Shown here: positions 1 through 8,132 of the stretch, in pieces | How the letters are laid out: each line of letters begins with the position of its first letter | How positions within the stretch are numbered: the first letter of the stretch is position 1 | Assembly (NCBI GenBank): GCA_043798915.1 | Contig: JAZDOG010000066.1 | Span: forward strand, 1 to 17,309 | Length of the DNA: 17,309 bases | From: Pseudomonadota bacterium | GTDB taxonomy: Bacteria; UBA10199; 2-02-FULL-44-16; JAAZCA01 | Direction of reading: 5' to 3' | Notes under the pieces: generated by a model | Database searches by the model: none | Told to the model about the DNA's origin: nothing | The model's input: the letters and a program-made list of their open reading frames with translations, nothing else | Program-made: the position numbers and the translations under genes

Positions 1-1766
1 GCAATCGAGAGGATCGGCGCGACCGAAGTCAGGTCCCTCCTCGTCGCCATCAGGAATATGGCCAGCAACGCTGCGATCCCGGCGAATATCGCCAAGAAAT
101 GCGACGCGACGATCTTGAAAAATCCGGAATAGCCCGGATGAAACTGATCCAGCCAGGCGAGATTCTGGTAGAAGTAGGCGACGGGAAGGAAATCTTCGTT
201 CACCCTCGCGGTCGTGTTCTTCCCGAATGAACTCAGGGCCTTTTCGATCCGGTCCGTGGTGAGGCGATATTTTATGTAGGCCGGATGGACGAAGGAGGCC
301 TCGATACCCCTTTCCTCAAATCGCTCGACGAGGACCTTCGGGTCGTAGGTGAGTTCCTGGTCCGTCGAGGCGAGAAAGAAGTCAATGTCCTCCGGCAGGA
401 CGATCACCCTTCCAAATACCTCCTTCAGCGTCTTGAATATCGACGCGTTGAGATCCTCCATGTTCCTGCCCGGAGCGCTGGATGAAAAAGGGAGACAGGC
501 GGCAAGGATCCCTCCGGGATTCAATCTGCCTTTGACCGCTTCGTAAAAATCCTTTGTGTAAAACCGATCGATCAGCGCGGTGGATGGGGCCGGCAGATTC
601 ACTATTATCGCATCGAACGCGCCCTTCTCGTTCTTCAGGAAATAGCGGCCATCCGCGTTGATGATCTTCACCCGGGGATCCGAGAGGGCCTTTTCAAACT
701 CTGGCGGGATGTGCCTGCGCGCGATCCTGATCAGCTCCGGATCGATTTCCAGATAATCGACCTCCTCCACGGGATGCTTCAGTATCTCATTTATCGCGCC
801 GGTGAATCCACCGCCGATCAGCAGGACTCGCCCGGGCGAAGGATGCTCGAGCAGCGAGAGGTGGATCAGGTCCTCGATGAACTCGACTTTTTCAGTCGAG
901 CCGAAGAGCACGCCGTTCTCATAAAAATTTGATTGAGTTCCGATCTTAGTCACGGCGATATTTCCATAGCGGGAATTTCTCGATTCGGTCACCTCCTGGC
1001 CCCTGTATCTGAATGCCGTCGTGAAACGGTCGATTGCGCCGGGATAATGGCTGAACATCAGGCAGGCGACGACGACGAGCAGAAACGCGGCGACCGCCCT
1101 CAGCGAAAAACGAAGCTTCAGGGTAAATAAAATAGCCGAGCCCAGACTCAGGAGGATCAGGATGCCGGCCACCATGAATTCCTGGAGCCTCACAAGGACA
1201 AAGCTGAACAGAATGCCGCCGACGATGAAGCCCGCCAGCTCGATCAGATACGCCCTGTTGACTGCGGCGGCCGCCCCACCTTCCGTCTCCGCCGATGGGG
1301 TTTGGCCGCACAGCGTCCTCGTCCCTTGAGTCCACCACATCCCGAGCATGAGGCAGATCGGGGCCGGCGCGGCCAGCGCGATGAGCACGCCGCAGATCAG
1401 ATTGGGAGTCTCGCCCGGCAGGCCGACATAGATATTCAGGAGGCGGATCAAAAATATCTCGGCGAGAAAGACAAAGCCGATCGCGATGAAAAGCGGAGGC
1501 AAATGTTTTCCAGACGCGTTTCGTTTGTCATCCCCGAGCGCCTTGATCGGGGATCCCGTGTCCTCAAGGGATTCCCGCTTTCGCGGGAATGACAATCCTT
1601 TGATCCCGCTGCCTGCCGCCGTCCAGATAAACCACGACGCCAGGACCACACCTATGAAAAACTCGTTGCCGTAGAAGCCGTTGATCAGCTCCCTCTGGAT
1701 GACGACCTGGGCGACGATCGAAACGAAACCCAGGACAAGGAATGAAAACGCCAGCCTTTTGTTCAT
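1..1766 (-). CDS. Membrane-fused spermidine-synthase-like (Rossmann SAM/dcSAM-binding) protein; 3' end runs off the window
   Basis: Absent from the ORF track, presumably because no stop lies in the window. Translated by hand from ATG at 1766: MNKRLAFSFLVLGFVSIVAQVVIQRELINGFYGNEFFIGVVLASWFIWTAAGS (TM region). Then SRYGNIAV...HPSPGRVLLIGGGFTG...VDYLEIDPELI...DPRVKIINADGRYFL...FDAIIVNLPAP...RFYTKDFY...LNPGGILA (spermidine synthase-like fold), with more hydrophobic helices near position 1. Confidence 0.88.
   Translation of the reverse strand, partial: MNKRLAFSFLVLGFVSIVAQVVIQRELINGFYGNEFFIGVVLASWFIWTAAGSGIKGLSFPRKRESLEDTGSPIKALGDDKRNASGKHLPPLFIAIGFVFLAEIFLIRLLNIYVGLPGETPNLICGVLIALAAPAPICLMLGMWWTQGTRTLCGQTPSAETEGGAAAAVNRAYLIELAGFIVGGILFSFVLVRLQEFMVAGILILLSLGSAILFTLKLRFSLRAVAAFLLVVVACLMFSHYPGAIDRFTTAFRYRGQEVTESRNSRYGNIAVTKIGTQSNFYENGVLFGSTEKVEFIEDLIHLSLLEHPSPGRVLLIGGGFTGAINEILKHPVEEVDYLEIDPELIRIARRHIPPEFEKALSDPRVKIINADGRYFLKNEKGAFDAIIVNLPAPSTALIDRFYTKDFYEAVKGRLNPGGILAACLPFSSSAPGRNMEDLNASIFKTLKEVFGRVIVLPEDIDFFLASTDQELTYDPKVLVERFEERGIEASFVHPAYIKYRLTTDRIEKALSSFGKNTTARVNEDFLPVAYFYQNLAWLDQFHPGYSGFFKIVASHFLAIFAGIAALLAIFLMATRRDLTSVAPILSI
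1525..1595. repeat. Bipartite palindromic element (REP-like; dRS3/RPE-type) inside the CDS
   Basis: Terminal inverted repeats TTGTCATCCCCG (1525-1536) and CGGGAATGACAA (1584-1595) match at 11/12. Hairpin 1 is ATCCCCGA-N9-TCGGGGAT (1530-1554). Hairpin 2 is ATTCCCGC-TTTC-GCGGGAAT (1571-1590), which fits ATTCCC-N8-GGGAAT. Confidence 0.85.
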
Positions 1767-1774
1767 TGCCAAAG

Positions 1775-1803
1775 AATCTAGCACATTTTCCCTGGGTTGA
1801 CTA
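1775..1803 (-). promoter_or_regulatory. Putative sigma70-type promoter for the spermidine-synthase-like gene (probably leaderless)
   Basis: The minus strand reads TAGTCA-N17-TAGATT, with TGTGC just before the -10 (extended -10). The predicted TSS near 1768 is 2 nt from the ATG at 1766, and there is no SD. Confidence 0.45.
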
Positions 1804-1825
1804 CGCGCGCCTCCTCCGCTAGAGT
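1797..1825 (+). promoter_or_regulatory. Putative sigma70-type promoter for the aminotransferase-pip pair
   Basis: TTGACT (1797-1802)-17 bp-TAGAGT (1820-1825); an SD-like GGAGG precedes the ATG at 1868. Confidence 0.55.
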
Positions 1826-1867
1826 TTGCCGCCGCTTCACATTCAGATCACAAGAAGGGAGGGAGCC

Positions 1868-3166
1868 ATGAGCCTTTACGCAGACCGGGTCGGACTCATC
1901 GATACCGAGAACGCATTCAAGGTCGGGCCCTATATAAAGGAAGTGGAGGACTCTGGGTCCCGCGTGATCAAGTGCAACCTGGGCGAGCCGGACTTCCCTC
2001 TCCCGAAGCACATCCGCGAGGAGGTCAAGCGCCAGATCGACAACGACCTCACGCACTATTGCGACCCGCAAGGCATCCTGCCCCTGCGCGAGGCCATCGC
2101 CCGGGACATGGGCGCGAAGCGGAATCTCAAGATCATGCCGGATCGCGTCGTCGTCTTCCCGGGCGCAAAACCGCCGATCGGCCTCTGCCAGCAGACCTAC
2201 TGCAATCCCGGCGACGAGGTTGTCTATCCGAGCCCGGGCTTTCCGATCTATGAATCCTTCGTCAACTACATCGGTGCGAAACCGGTGCCGCTGCATCTGA
2301 AGGAGGATGAGGGCTTCAGCTTCACGGGCAAGGAACTGGAGCCGCTCATCACGAGCCGGACAAAACTCATCTACATCAACTTCCCGTCGAACCCGACCGG
2401 CGGCGTCGCGACCGAAGAGCAGCTGAAGGATATCGCAGACGTAATCAAGAGGAAGGCGCCGGCCGACGCCCGCATCTATTCCGATGAGGTTTACGAGAAC
2501 ATCCTCTTCGACGGGAGCCTCCACCACTCCATCGCAGCGCTTCCCGGCATGATCGAGAGGACGGTCCTCGTCTCCGGCGTCTCGAAGACCTATTCCTGGA
2601 CGGGCGGGCGCGTCGGATGGGCGGTCTTTCCGACGGCGGAGGAAGCATTCGTATTCAAGAACCTCAATATAAATTATTTCTCATGCATCCCAGCCTACAA
2701 CCAGATGGGCGCGAAGATCGCGATCGAATCGCCAGAGAGCGCGCCGGAGATCAGAAAGATGGGCGCGGCCTTCCAGGAGCGCCGCGACGTCGTGGTTCGC
2801 GCGCTCAATTCGATCCCGGGCGTGAAATGCCAGAATCCCAAGGGCGCATTCTATGTGTTCCCCAACATCGGCGGCGTATGCAAGGAGATCGGCGCAGTCG
2901 ACGCGTTCAACTCCCTGCCGAAGAATCTCCAGGCGAAGACCAGCCCGTCGACGCTCTTCCAGATGTTCCTGCTCTTCCGCTATCACGTCGCGACGATGGA
3001 CAGAAAATCGTTCGGCCGGATCGGCACGGAGGGGATGCATTTCCTGAGGATCTCCATCGCCACCGGCATCGATGACTTGAAGGAAGGGATGAAGCGCCTC
3101 GCCGATGCGGCGAAGGACAAAGACGGCTTCGCGGCATTCGTGAAGGAAGGGAAGAGATTGTTCTAA
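1868..3166 (+). CDS. PLP-dependent aminotransferase class I/II (aspartate/alanine aminotransferase-like), 432 aa
   Basis: Motifs: LGEPDF, HYCDPQGILPLREAIA, PGFPIY, NFPSNPTG, SDEVY, PLP-lysine motif SGVSKTYSWTGGRVGW, PKGAFYVFP, FLRISIA. Start moved from the track's TTG at 1826 to the ATG at 1868 because of the SD. Confidence 0.93.
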   Translation: MSLYADRVGLIDTENAFKVGPYIKEVEDSGSRVIKCNLGEPDFPLPKHIREEVKRQIDNDLTHYCDPQGILPLREAIARDMGAKRNLKIMPDRVVVFPGAKPPIGLCQQTYCNPGDEVVYPSPGFPIYESFVNYIGAKPVPLHLKEDEGFSFTGKELEPLITSRTKLIYINFPSNPTGGVATEEQLKDIADVIKRKAPADARIYSDEVYENILFDGSLHHSIAALPGMIERTVLVSGVSKTYSWTGGRVGWAVFPTAEEAFVFKNLNINYFSCIPAYNQMGAKIAIESPESAPEIRKMGAAFQERRDVVVRALNSIPGVKCQNPKGAFYVFPNIGGVCKEIGAVDAFNSLPKNLQAKTSPSTLFQMFLLFRYHVATMDRKSFGRIGTEGMHFLRISIATGIDDLKEGMKRLADAAKDKDGFAAFVKEGKRLF

Positions 3167-3190
3167 TCTGAGTCATCGGAACAGCGCGCC

Positions 3191-4129
3191 ATGGCAAAGC
3201 GGCTGAAAAAACCTTACAGGAGCGGATACCTCAAGGTGTCCGGCGGGCATGAGTTCTATTATGAGGCATGCGGCAATCCTCGGGGCAAGCCGGTTTTATT
3301 TCTCCACGGCGGGCCTGGCGCCGGATTCTCGGATACCGACAAGAGATTTTTCGATCTAAAAAAATGGAATCTCATCCTGTTCGACCAGCGCGGCGCCGGC
3401 AGGAGCAGGCCATTCGCCAGCATTCATGAAAATAACACGCAGCGGCTTGTCAAAGACATCGACTCGATCCTCGATCTCTTCGAGTTAAAAAAAGTTTTTC
3501 TATTCGGGGGATCCTGGGGGTCGACGCTCTCTCTGGCATACGCGGTGAAAAACGCGAAGAGGGTGACGGGCATGCTGCTGCGGGGCATCTATCTGGCCAC
3601 GAAGGAGGAAAAAGACTATTTCGTTGGCGGCGGCGCCAAGGCGTTTTTCCCAGAGGCATGGGAGCGATTCATCTCTCTCGTCCCTGAGTCCAAGCGCGGA
3701 CAGCTCATCGAATACTATCTCAAAAAGATGCTGTCCGGTGACAGCCACACCAGAGACAAGTTTGCATATGAATGGGCCAGATACGAAATCTCGCTGCTCA
3801 AGCTGCGCATGAATGAGAAGATGATCGAGGGATTCTTGAGCGACCTTTCCTACAGGTCGCTAGCCCCGCTCGAGGCCCAGTACATGGCGCACAACTGCTT
3901 TCTCCCCGACGGATACCTGCTGGCAAACGCCCACAAGCTATCGCGCATTCCGGTCTCAATCGTTCAAGGGCGATACGACTTCATATGCCCGCCGGTATGG
4001 GCCTTGCGGCTCCACAGGCAGATCAAGGGTTCTGCCCTGCATTTCGTGACCGCCGGTCATTCAAGCTCGGAAAGCGAGATAGAAAAAAAGCTCATCAAAG
4101 AGACGGAGCGCATGCACAAACTCGTGTGA
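3191..4129 (+). CDS. pip: Proline iminopeptidase (prolyl aminopeptidase, S33 alpha/beta hydrolase), 312 aa
   Basis: Motifs: YYEACGNPRGKPVLFLHGGPG, FDQRGAGRSRP, nucleophile motif FGGSWGSTL, LLRGI, IVQGRYDFICP (Asp), AGHS (His). Confidence 0.93.
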   Translation: MAKRLKKPYRSGYLKVSGGHEFYYEACGNPRGKPVLFLHGGPGAGFSDTDKRFFDLKKWNLILFDQRGAGRSRPFASIHENNTQRLVKDIDSILDLFELKKVFLFGGSWGSTLSLAYAVKNAKRVTGMLLRGIYLATKEEKDYFVGGGAKAFFPEAWERFISLVPESKRGQLIEYYLKKMLSGDSHTRDKFAYEWARYEISLLKLRMNEKMIEGFLSDLSYRSLAPLEAQYMAHNCFLPDGYLLANAHKLSRIPVSIVQGRYDFICPPVWALRLHRQIKGSALHFVTAGHSSSESEIEKKLIKETERMHKLV

Positions 4130-4137
4130 TGGGATGC

Positions 4138-4166
4138 TTGACTCGCTTTCGAAGGATGGCTAGCCT
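4138..4166 (+). promoter_or_regulatory. Putative sigma70-type promoter for the transketolase-like gene
   Basis: TTGACT (4138-4143)-17 bp-TAGCCT (4161-4166). Same TTGACT-N15-GCTAGnnT layout as at 1797-1825. SD AAGGAG precedes the ATG at 4196. Confidence 0.55.
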
Positions 4167-4195
4167 GCCTCCCCAAATCGAAAAAGGAGAACCAT

Positions 4196-6562
4196 ATGGC
4201 ATTCGCATTCGGTCCGCGGCGCGGCGTCTACATCGACATTTCTGACGAACTCAAGAATGGAACCGGCGCTCTCTCCCAGGACGATCTCAAACACTTCGAG
4301 ACCTTCGACCTCATCTACAGGTCGCTCTGCGCCATCATGTACAACTACGTGCCGATGTCAGGGCATCCCGGAGGCTCGATATCGTCCGGAAGGTTCGTGC
4401 AGGGACTCCTATTCGACGCGATGGACTACGATTTTTCCGACCCCGACCGGTCTGACGCGGATATCGTCTCTTACGCCGCGGGCCACAAGGCGCTGGGCCT
4501 CTATTCCATGTGGGCGCTCCGCAATGAGATCGCGCGCATAGCCGCGCCCGACCTCCTCCCGAAGGATGTGAAGAAGCAGCTGAGGATGGAGGATCTGCTC
4601 GGATTCCGGCGAAACCCGGCCACGGCGACGCCGCTCTTCAAAAAGTTCAACTCGAAGGCGCTCGACGGCCATCCGACGCCGGCGACTCCATTCGTCCGCC
4701 TCTCCACCGGCGCCTCCGGCGTTGGCGTAGCGACGTCCCTCGGGCTCGCGTTCGGCGCGGCGGACCGCTACGGCAAGGATGCGCCGCGCGTCCACATCGT
4801 CGAGGGCGAGGGCGGCATGACGCCGGGGCGCGTGGCGGAGGCCTTCGCCGCGGCCGGCACCGCATCCCTCGGCAACGCCGTGATCCACATCGACTGGAAC
4901 CAGGCATCGATCGACTCAAACCACGTCTGCCGCGACGGGTCCACGCCGGGCGACTACGTTCAGTGGACCCCCGCCGAGTTCGCATATCTCCACGACTGGA
5001 ACGTGATCTTCGTCCCCGACGGAAAGAATTTCGGCCAGATCATCGCGGCGCAGCACAAGGCCGCATCCATGACGAACGGCCAGCCGACCGCGATCGTCTA
5101 CCGCACCGTCAAGGGGTGGCAGTACGGGATAGAGGGCAAGGCGTCGCACGGCGCGGGGCACAAGCTCTGCTCGAGCGGATTCTATGAAGCCACAAGGCCT
5201 CTGATGGGCATCGTCGGCGATGCAGCGCTTCCGAAGTGCGAGGAGAACGAGCAGCGCTGCCAGGGCGGAAAGGTCGCGGAGGTCTACGAGGAGTGTCTCT
5301 GGGAATCGCTCGGGGTCGTTCGCCTCGCGCTGGAGAAAAACCGCCCCGCGACAGAGGCATTCGCGAAGCGACTCGTCGATTCAAAAGCTCGGCTCGCGAA
5401 GCGGGCGAGAAAACCGAGGGATGGCGCGCCGCGCATCGAGGCGGTCTACGAAGCAGCGGCAGGCGCCGCGGCCAGGGTGCCCTCCGAACTCGCACTTGCT
5501 CCCGGCTCGTCCACCACGCTGCGCGGCGAACTCGGCCGCGTGCTCGGCTACTACAACAAGAAGAGCGGCGGCGCATTTTTGATAGCGGCGGCGGACCTCC
5601 TGGGATCGACGAGCGTCACGGATATCTCGAAGGGATTTCCGGAGGGCTATTTCAACTCGAACACGAATCCGGGCGCGCGGCTGCTCTCCATCGGCGGCAT
5701 CTGCGAGGACGCGATATCGGGGATCATGGCCGGGATATCCTCATACGGCCACAACATCGGGCTCGGCTCATCCTACGGCGCCTTCATCGCGCCGCTTGGC
5801 CACATCGCCGCGCGCCTGCACGCGATCGGAAACCAGGCGCGCCTCGCGATAGCGAAGGACCCGTACAAGCCCTTCATCCTCGTCTGCGCGCACGCTGGGC
5901 TAAAGACCGGCGAGGACGGCCCCACGCACGCCGACCCTCAGGCGCTGCAGCTCCTGCAGGAAAATTTCCCTCTCGGCACCGCGATAACGCTCACGCCATG
6001 GGACCCGCAGGAGGTCTGGACGCTCGTCACGGCGGCGCTCGAAAGGCGCCCTGCCGTCATCGCGCCGTTCGTCACGCGCCCCAACGAAAAGGTCATCGAC
6101 CGCAAGGCCCTTGGGCTTTCGCCGGCCGCCGACGCCGCCACCGGCCTCTATCTGCTGCGCAAGGCAAAGGGAAAGGGCGATGGGACGGTCGTCCTGCAGG
6201 AGAGCGGCGTCACATACGCGTTTCTGCAGAATGCACTGCCGCTGCTTGAGAAGGATGGCATCGATCTCAACGTCTACTACGTCGCGAGCGCCGAGCTCTT
6301 CGACATGCTCCCGGCTTCAGAGCAGGCGCGCATCTTCCCGGAGGAGCAGGCGCGCGAGGCGATCGGGATCACCGGCTTCACCCTCCCCACGATCAACCGC
6401 TGGATACTCTCTGAAGCGGGACGCCAGGCAACGCTGCACCCCTACCGTAAGGGCCACTATCTGGGAAGCGGTCAGGCCGATATGGTGCTCAAAGAGGCGG
6501 GGCTCGACGGCGAGAGCCAATTCAAGGCCGTGGCGAAGTATGTGAAGGAAACCCGTCGCTAG
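4196..6562 (+). CDS. Transketolase-like ThDP-dependent enzyme (divergent), 788 aa
   Basis: Motifs: SGHPGGS, AAGHKA, DGHPTP, ThDP-binding motif variant GEGG...DWNQASID, TVKG...SHG, ADLLGS, GICED, HAGLKTGEDGPTH, VTRP. The order matches the transketolase family. Confidence 0.87.
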   Translation: MAFAFGPRRGVYIDISDELKNGTGALSQDDLKHFETFDLIYRSLCAIMYNYVPMSGHPGGSISSGRFVQGLLFDAMDYDFSDPDRSDADIVSYAAGHKALGLYSMWALRNEIARIAAPDLLPKDVKKQLRMEDLLGFRRNPATATPLFKKFNSKALDGHPTPATPFVRLSTGASGVGVATSLGLAFGAADRYGKDAPRVHIVEGEGGMTPGRVAEAFAAAGTASLGNAVIHIDWNQASIDSNHVCRDGSTPGDYVQWTPAEFAYLHDWNVIFVPDGKNFGQIIAAQHKAASMTNGQPTAIVYRTVKGWQYGIEGKASHGAGHKLCSSGFYEATRPLMGIVGDAALPKCEENEQRCQGGKVAEVYEECLWESLGVVRLALEKNRPATEAFAKRLVDSKARLAKRARKPRDGAPRIEAVYEAAAGAAARVPSELALAPGSSTTLRGELGRVLGYYNKKSGGAFLIAAADLLGSTSVTDISKGFPEGYFNSNTNPGARLLSIGGICEDAISGIMAGISSYGHNIGLGSSYGAFIAPLGHIAARLHAIGNQARLAIAKDPYKPFILVCAHAGLKTGEDGPTHADPQALQLLQENFPLGTAITLTPWDPQEVWTLVTAALERRPAVIAPFVTRPNEKVIDRKALGLSPAADAATGLYLLRKAKGKGDGTVVLQESGVTYAFLQNALPLLEKDGIDLNVYYVASAELFDMLPASEQARIFPEEQAREAIGITGFTLPTINRWILSEAGRQATLHPYRKGHYLGSGQADMVLKEAGLDGESQFKAVAKYVKETRR

Positions 6563-8075
6563 TCCTGGCAAAGACCACTGCATTCGCCGAGCGAAAGACG
6601 ATCGGCCAGCGCGGGTCGTCCATCAGAAACTTGAGGGGCCCGCCAGGCGCCTCGATCTGCCTCACATCGTAGATGACGCGGTCGATCCCGTACTTGTCCG
6701 CAACCCTCTCGAACGCCCTCTCACCGAACAGCGCGTCCGAATATTCCTTGATGAATTCGTCGCCGTATACAGCCGTGCGCGTGTCGATGAATACCCTCGC
6801 CCCCGGCCAGCGGCGCCAGATAAGATATCCGCCCCACGCCATGTCGTTGAAGATGCGGCCTTCAGCCTTTTGCCGCTCAAGAAAATCCACCGCCTCGACG
6901 GGAAAATTTTCCTTGTCGAACCCGGCGCCGATCATACGCCCGAAGACAAAGATGGCGCGGCCCTGCCCCAGTCGAACCCCATAGAGCGGACCCGACTTGA
7001 ACATCGGGGCGATGAGCGCCGCACAGAGGACGAGCGCCACCATGAGCGAGGCGCGGGCCGAGGCGAAATCGGAAGCCCCCGCACTCTTTCGTGCGGACGC
7101 CGCAAGAAAAGCGACGGCGATGGCGGCGAACGGGATGAACCTCGCCGTCATGAAACCTGGGACGACACAGGCGATGGCGACGGCGAAAAGCGGGATGTCA
7201 ACTCTCCCTCGGCGGCGCAGGACAAGCCACGCGCACGCCGCGCACAGCGCGCAAAGGCCCCACGCGGAGATGTCGGCCTCGGGCAAAAACCAGCCCGGCG
7301 GCAGCCAGTCGCTCGTGACGGAGAGCGCGTAGCGCTGCGTCATGACTTCGAAGGGAAACGTGTAGACGCGGTATGTGAACGGATTGATGAGCGGCGCAAG
7401 GATCGATGAGAAGATGAGGAGGATGGAGCGCCCAAGGCCCATCGACCGCGCCGGGTCGCCTCCCCTGCCCCGCAGAAATGCGATCGCACAATAAAGGGTC
7501 ACCACCAGCGGCCCGACGATGACGCTCGTGTGCATATTGGCCCACAGCACGAGAATCGGGATCGCGGACCACATGAGGAGCGGCCGGCATCGGCCGATAT
7601 CCGTCAGAATCAGGAGCAGGATGGCGAAGAAGATAAAACCGAAGACCTCGGGGCGAAGGATCTGGAACCGCGGCGCGCCGATCAAGAGGATCGCGAGCGT
7701 AAGGATCAGGGCAGCAGCGGGCGATCGTGAGATCCGGACAAGCCCCGCAAAGAGAGTGGACGCGAGCCCTACACCTAAGGCAAACGACAGGAGGGAGAGC
7801 GCGACAAAACCGCCGGCGCGCTCCATCAGGAAAAACACCACCCCCGACAGCCACTCGTAACACACCCATGAGTTGCCTGAGGCCGTGTATGAGAAGATGT
7901 CAAAGCTCGGGACCGATTTCGTCTTCCAGATGAACTCGCCCGCCTTCATCTGCCAGAAGATGTCGCTCGTGCCCTCGCGATGGAGAAAGAAGAAGGCGGC
8001 CATGGCGGCGACGGCAAGACAGCAGACGATGATATCGCCGCGGCGCCATGTTTTTTCTGTCTCTGTTCCAGTCAT
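6522..8075 (-). CDS. Polytopic membrane protein, putative GT-C-like glycosyltransferase, ~517 aa
   Basis: Many hydrophobic segments. A first TM helix is followed by an acidic loop DIFWQMKAGEFI...DIFSYT...W...EWL, then LRPE, LWANMH and PLINPF, and a C-terminal soluble region FPVEAVDFL...RIFNDMAWGGYLIW...VFIDTRTAVYG. Start placed at ATG 8075 because the track's longer ORF overlaps the divergent gene. Function is inferred. Confidence 0.72.
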   Translation of the reverse strand: MTGTETEKTWRRGDIIVCCLAVAAMAAFFFLHREGTSDIFWQMKAGEFIWKTKSVPSFDIFSYTASGNSWVCYEWLSGVVFFLMERAGGFVALSLLSFALGVGLASTLFAGLVRISRSPAAALILTLAILLIGAPRFQILRPEVFGFIFFAILLLILTDIGRCRPLLMWSAIPILVLWANMHTSVIVGPLVVTLYCAIAFLRGRGGDPARSMGLGRSILLIFSSILAPLINPFTYRVYTFPFEVMTQRYALSVTSDWLPPGWFLPEADISAWGLCALCAACAWLVLRRRGRVDIPLFAVAIACVVPGFMTARFIPFAAIAVAFLAASARKSAGASDFASARASLMVALVLCAALIAPMFKSGPLYGVRLGQGRAIFVFGRMIGAGFDKENFPVEAVDFLERQKAEGRIFNDMAWGGYLIWRRWPGARVFIDTRTAVYGDEFIKEYSDALFGERAFERVADKYGIDRVIYDVRQIEAPGGPLKFLMDDPRWPIVFRSANAVVFARTSDGFPSHTSPRP

Positions 8076-8090
8076 AATATTGAGTTTTGC

Positions 8091-8120
8091 AAGATATTGT
8101 GACAAACACAAGGATGTCAA
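8091..8120 (-). promoter_or_regulatory. Possible promoter/operator in the 57-bp divergent gap
   Basis: The minus strand reads TTGACA (8120-8115)-18 bp-TATCTT (8096-8091). It overlaps the inverted repeat TGACA-N10-TGTCA (8100-8119). Confidence 0.35.
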
Positions 8121-8132
8121 CAAAGGAGACCC

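Noticed and set aside
1525..1595. Hairpins as a terminator or CRISPR repeat
   Set aside because: They are intragenic, have no U-tract and occur once, with no repeat-spacer array.
285..1674. Short ORFs listed in the track across the first 1.7 kb
   Set aside because: All overlap the continuous minus-strand spermidine-synthase-like frame.
1826..1867. TTG start for the aminotransferase
   Set aside because: It abuts the predicted -10 box, whereas ATG 1868 has an SD.
1868..6562. Aminotransferase + peptidase + transketolase as a secondary-metabolite (aminosugar) cluster
   Set aside because: The aminotransferase is class I/II rather than DegT-type, the transketolase-like gene seems to have its own promoter, and no carrier protein, synthetase or transporter genes are present.
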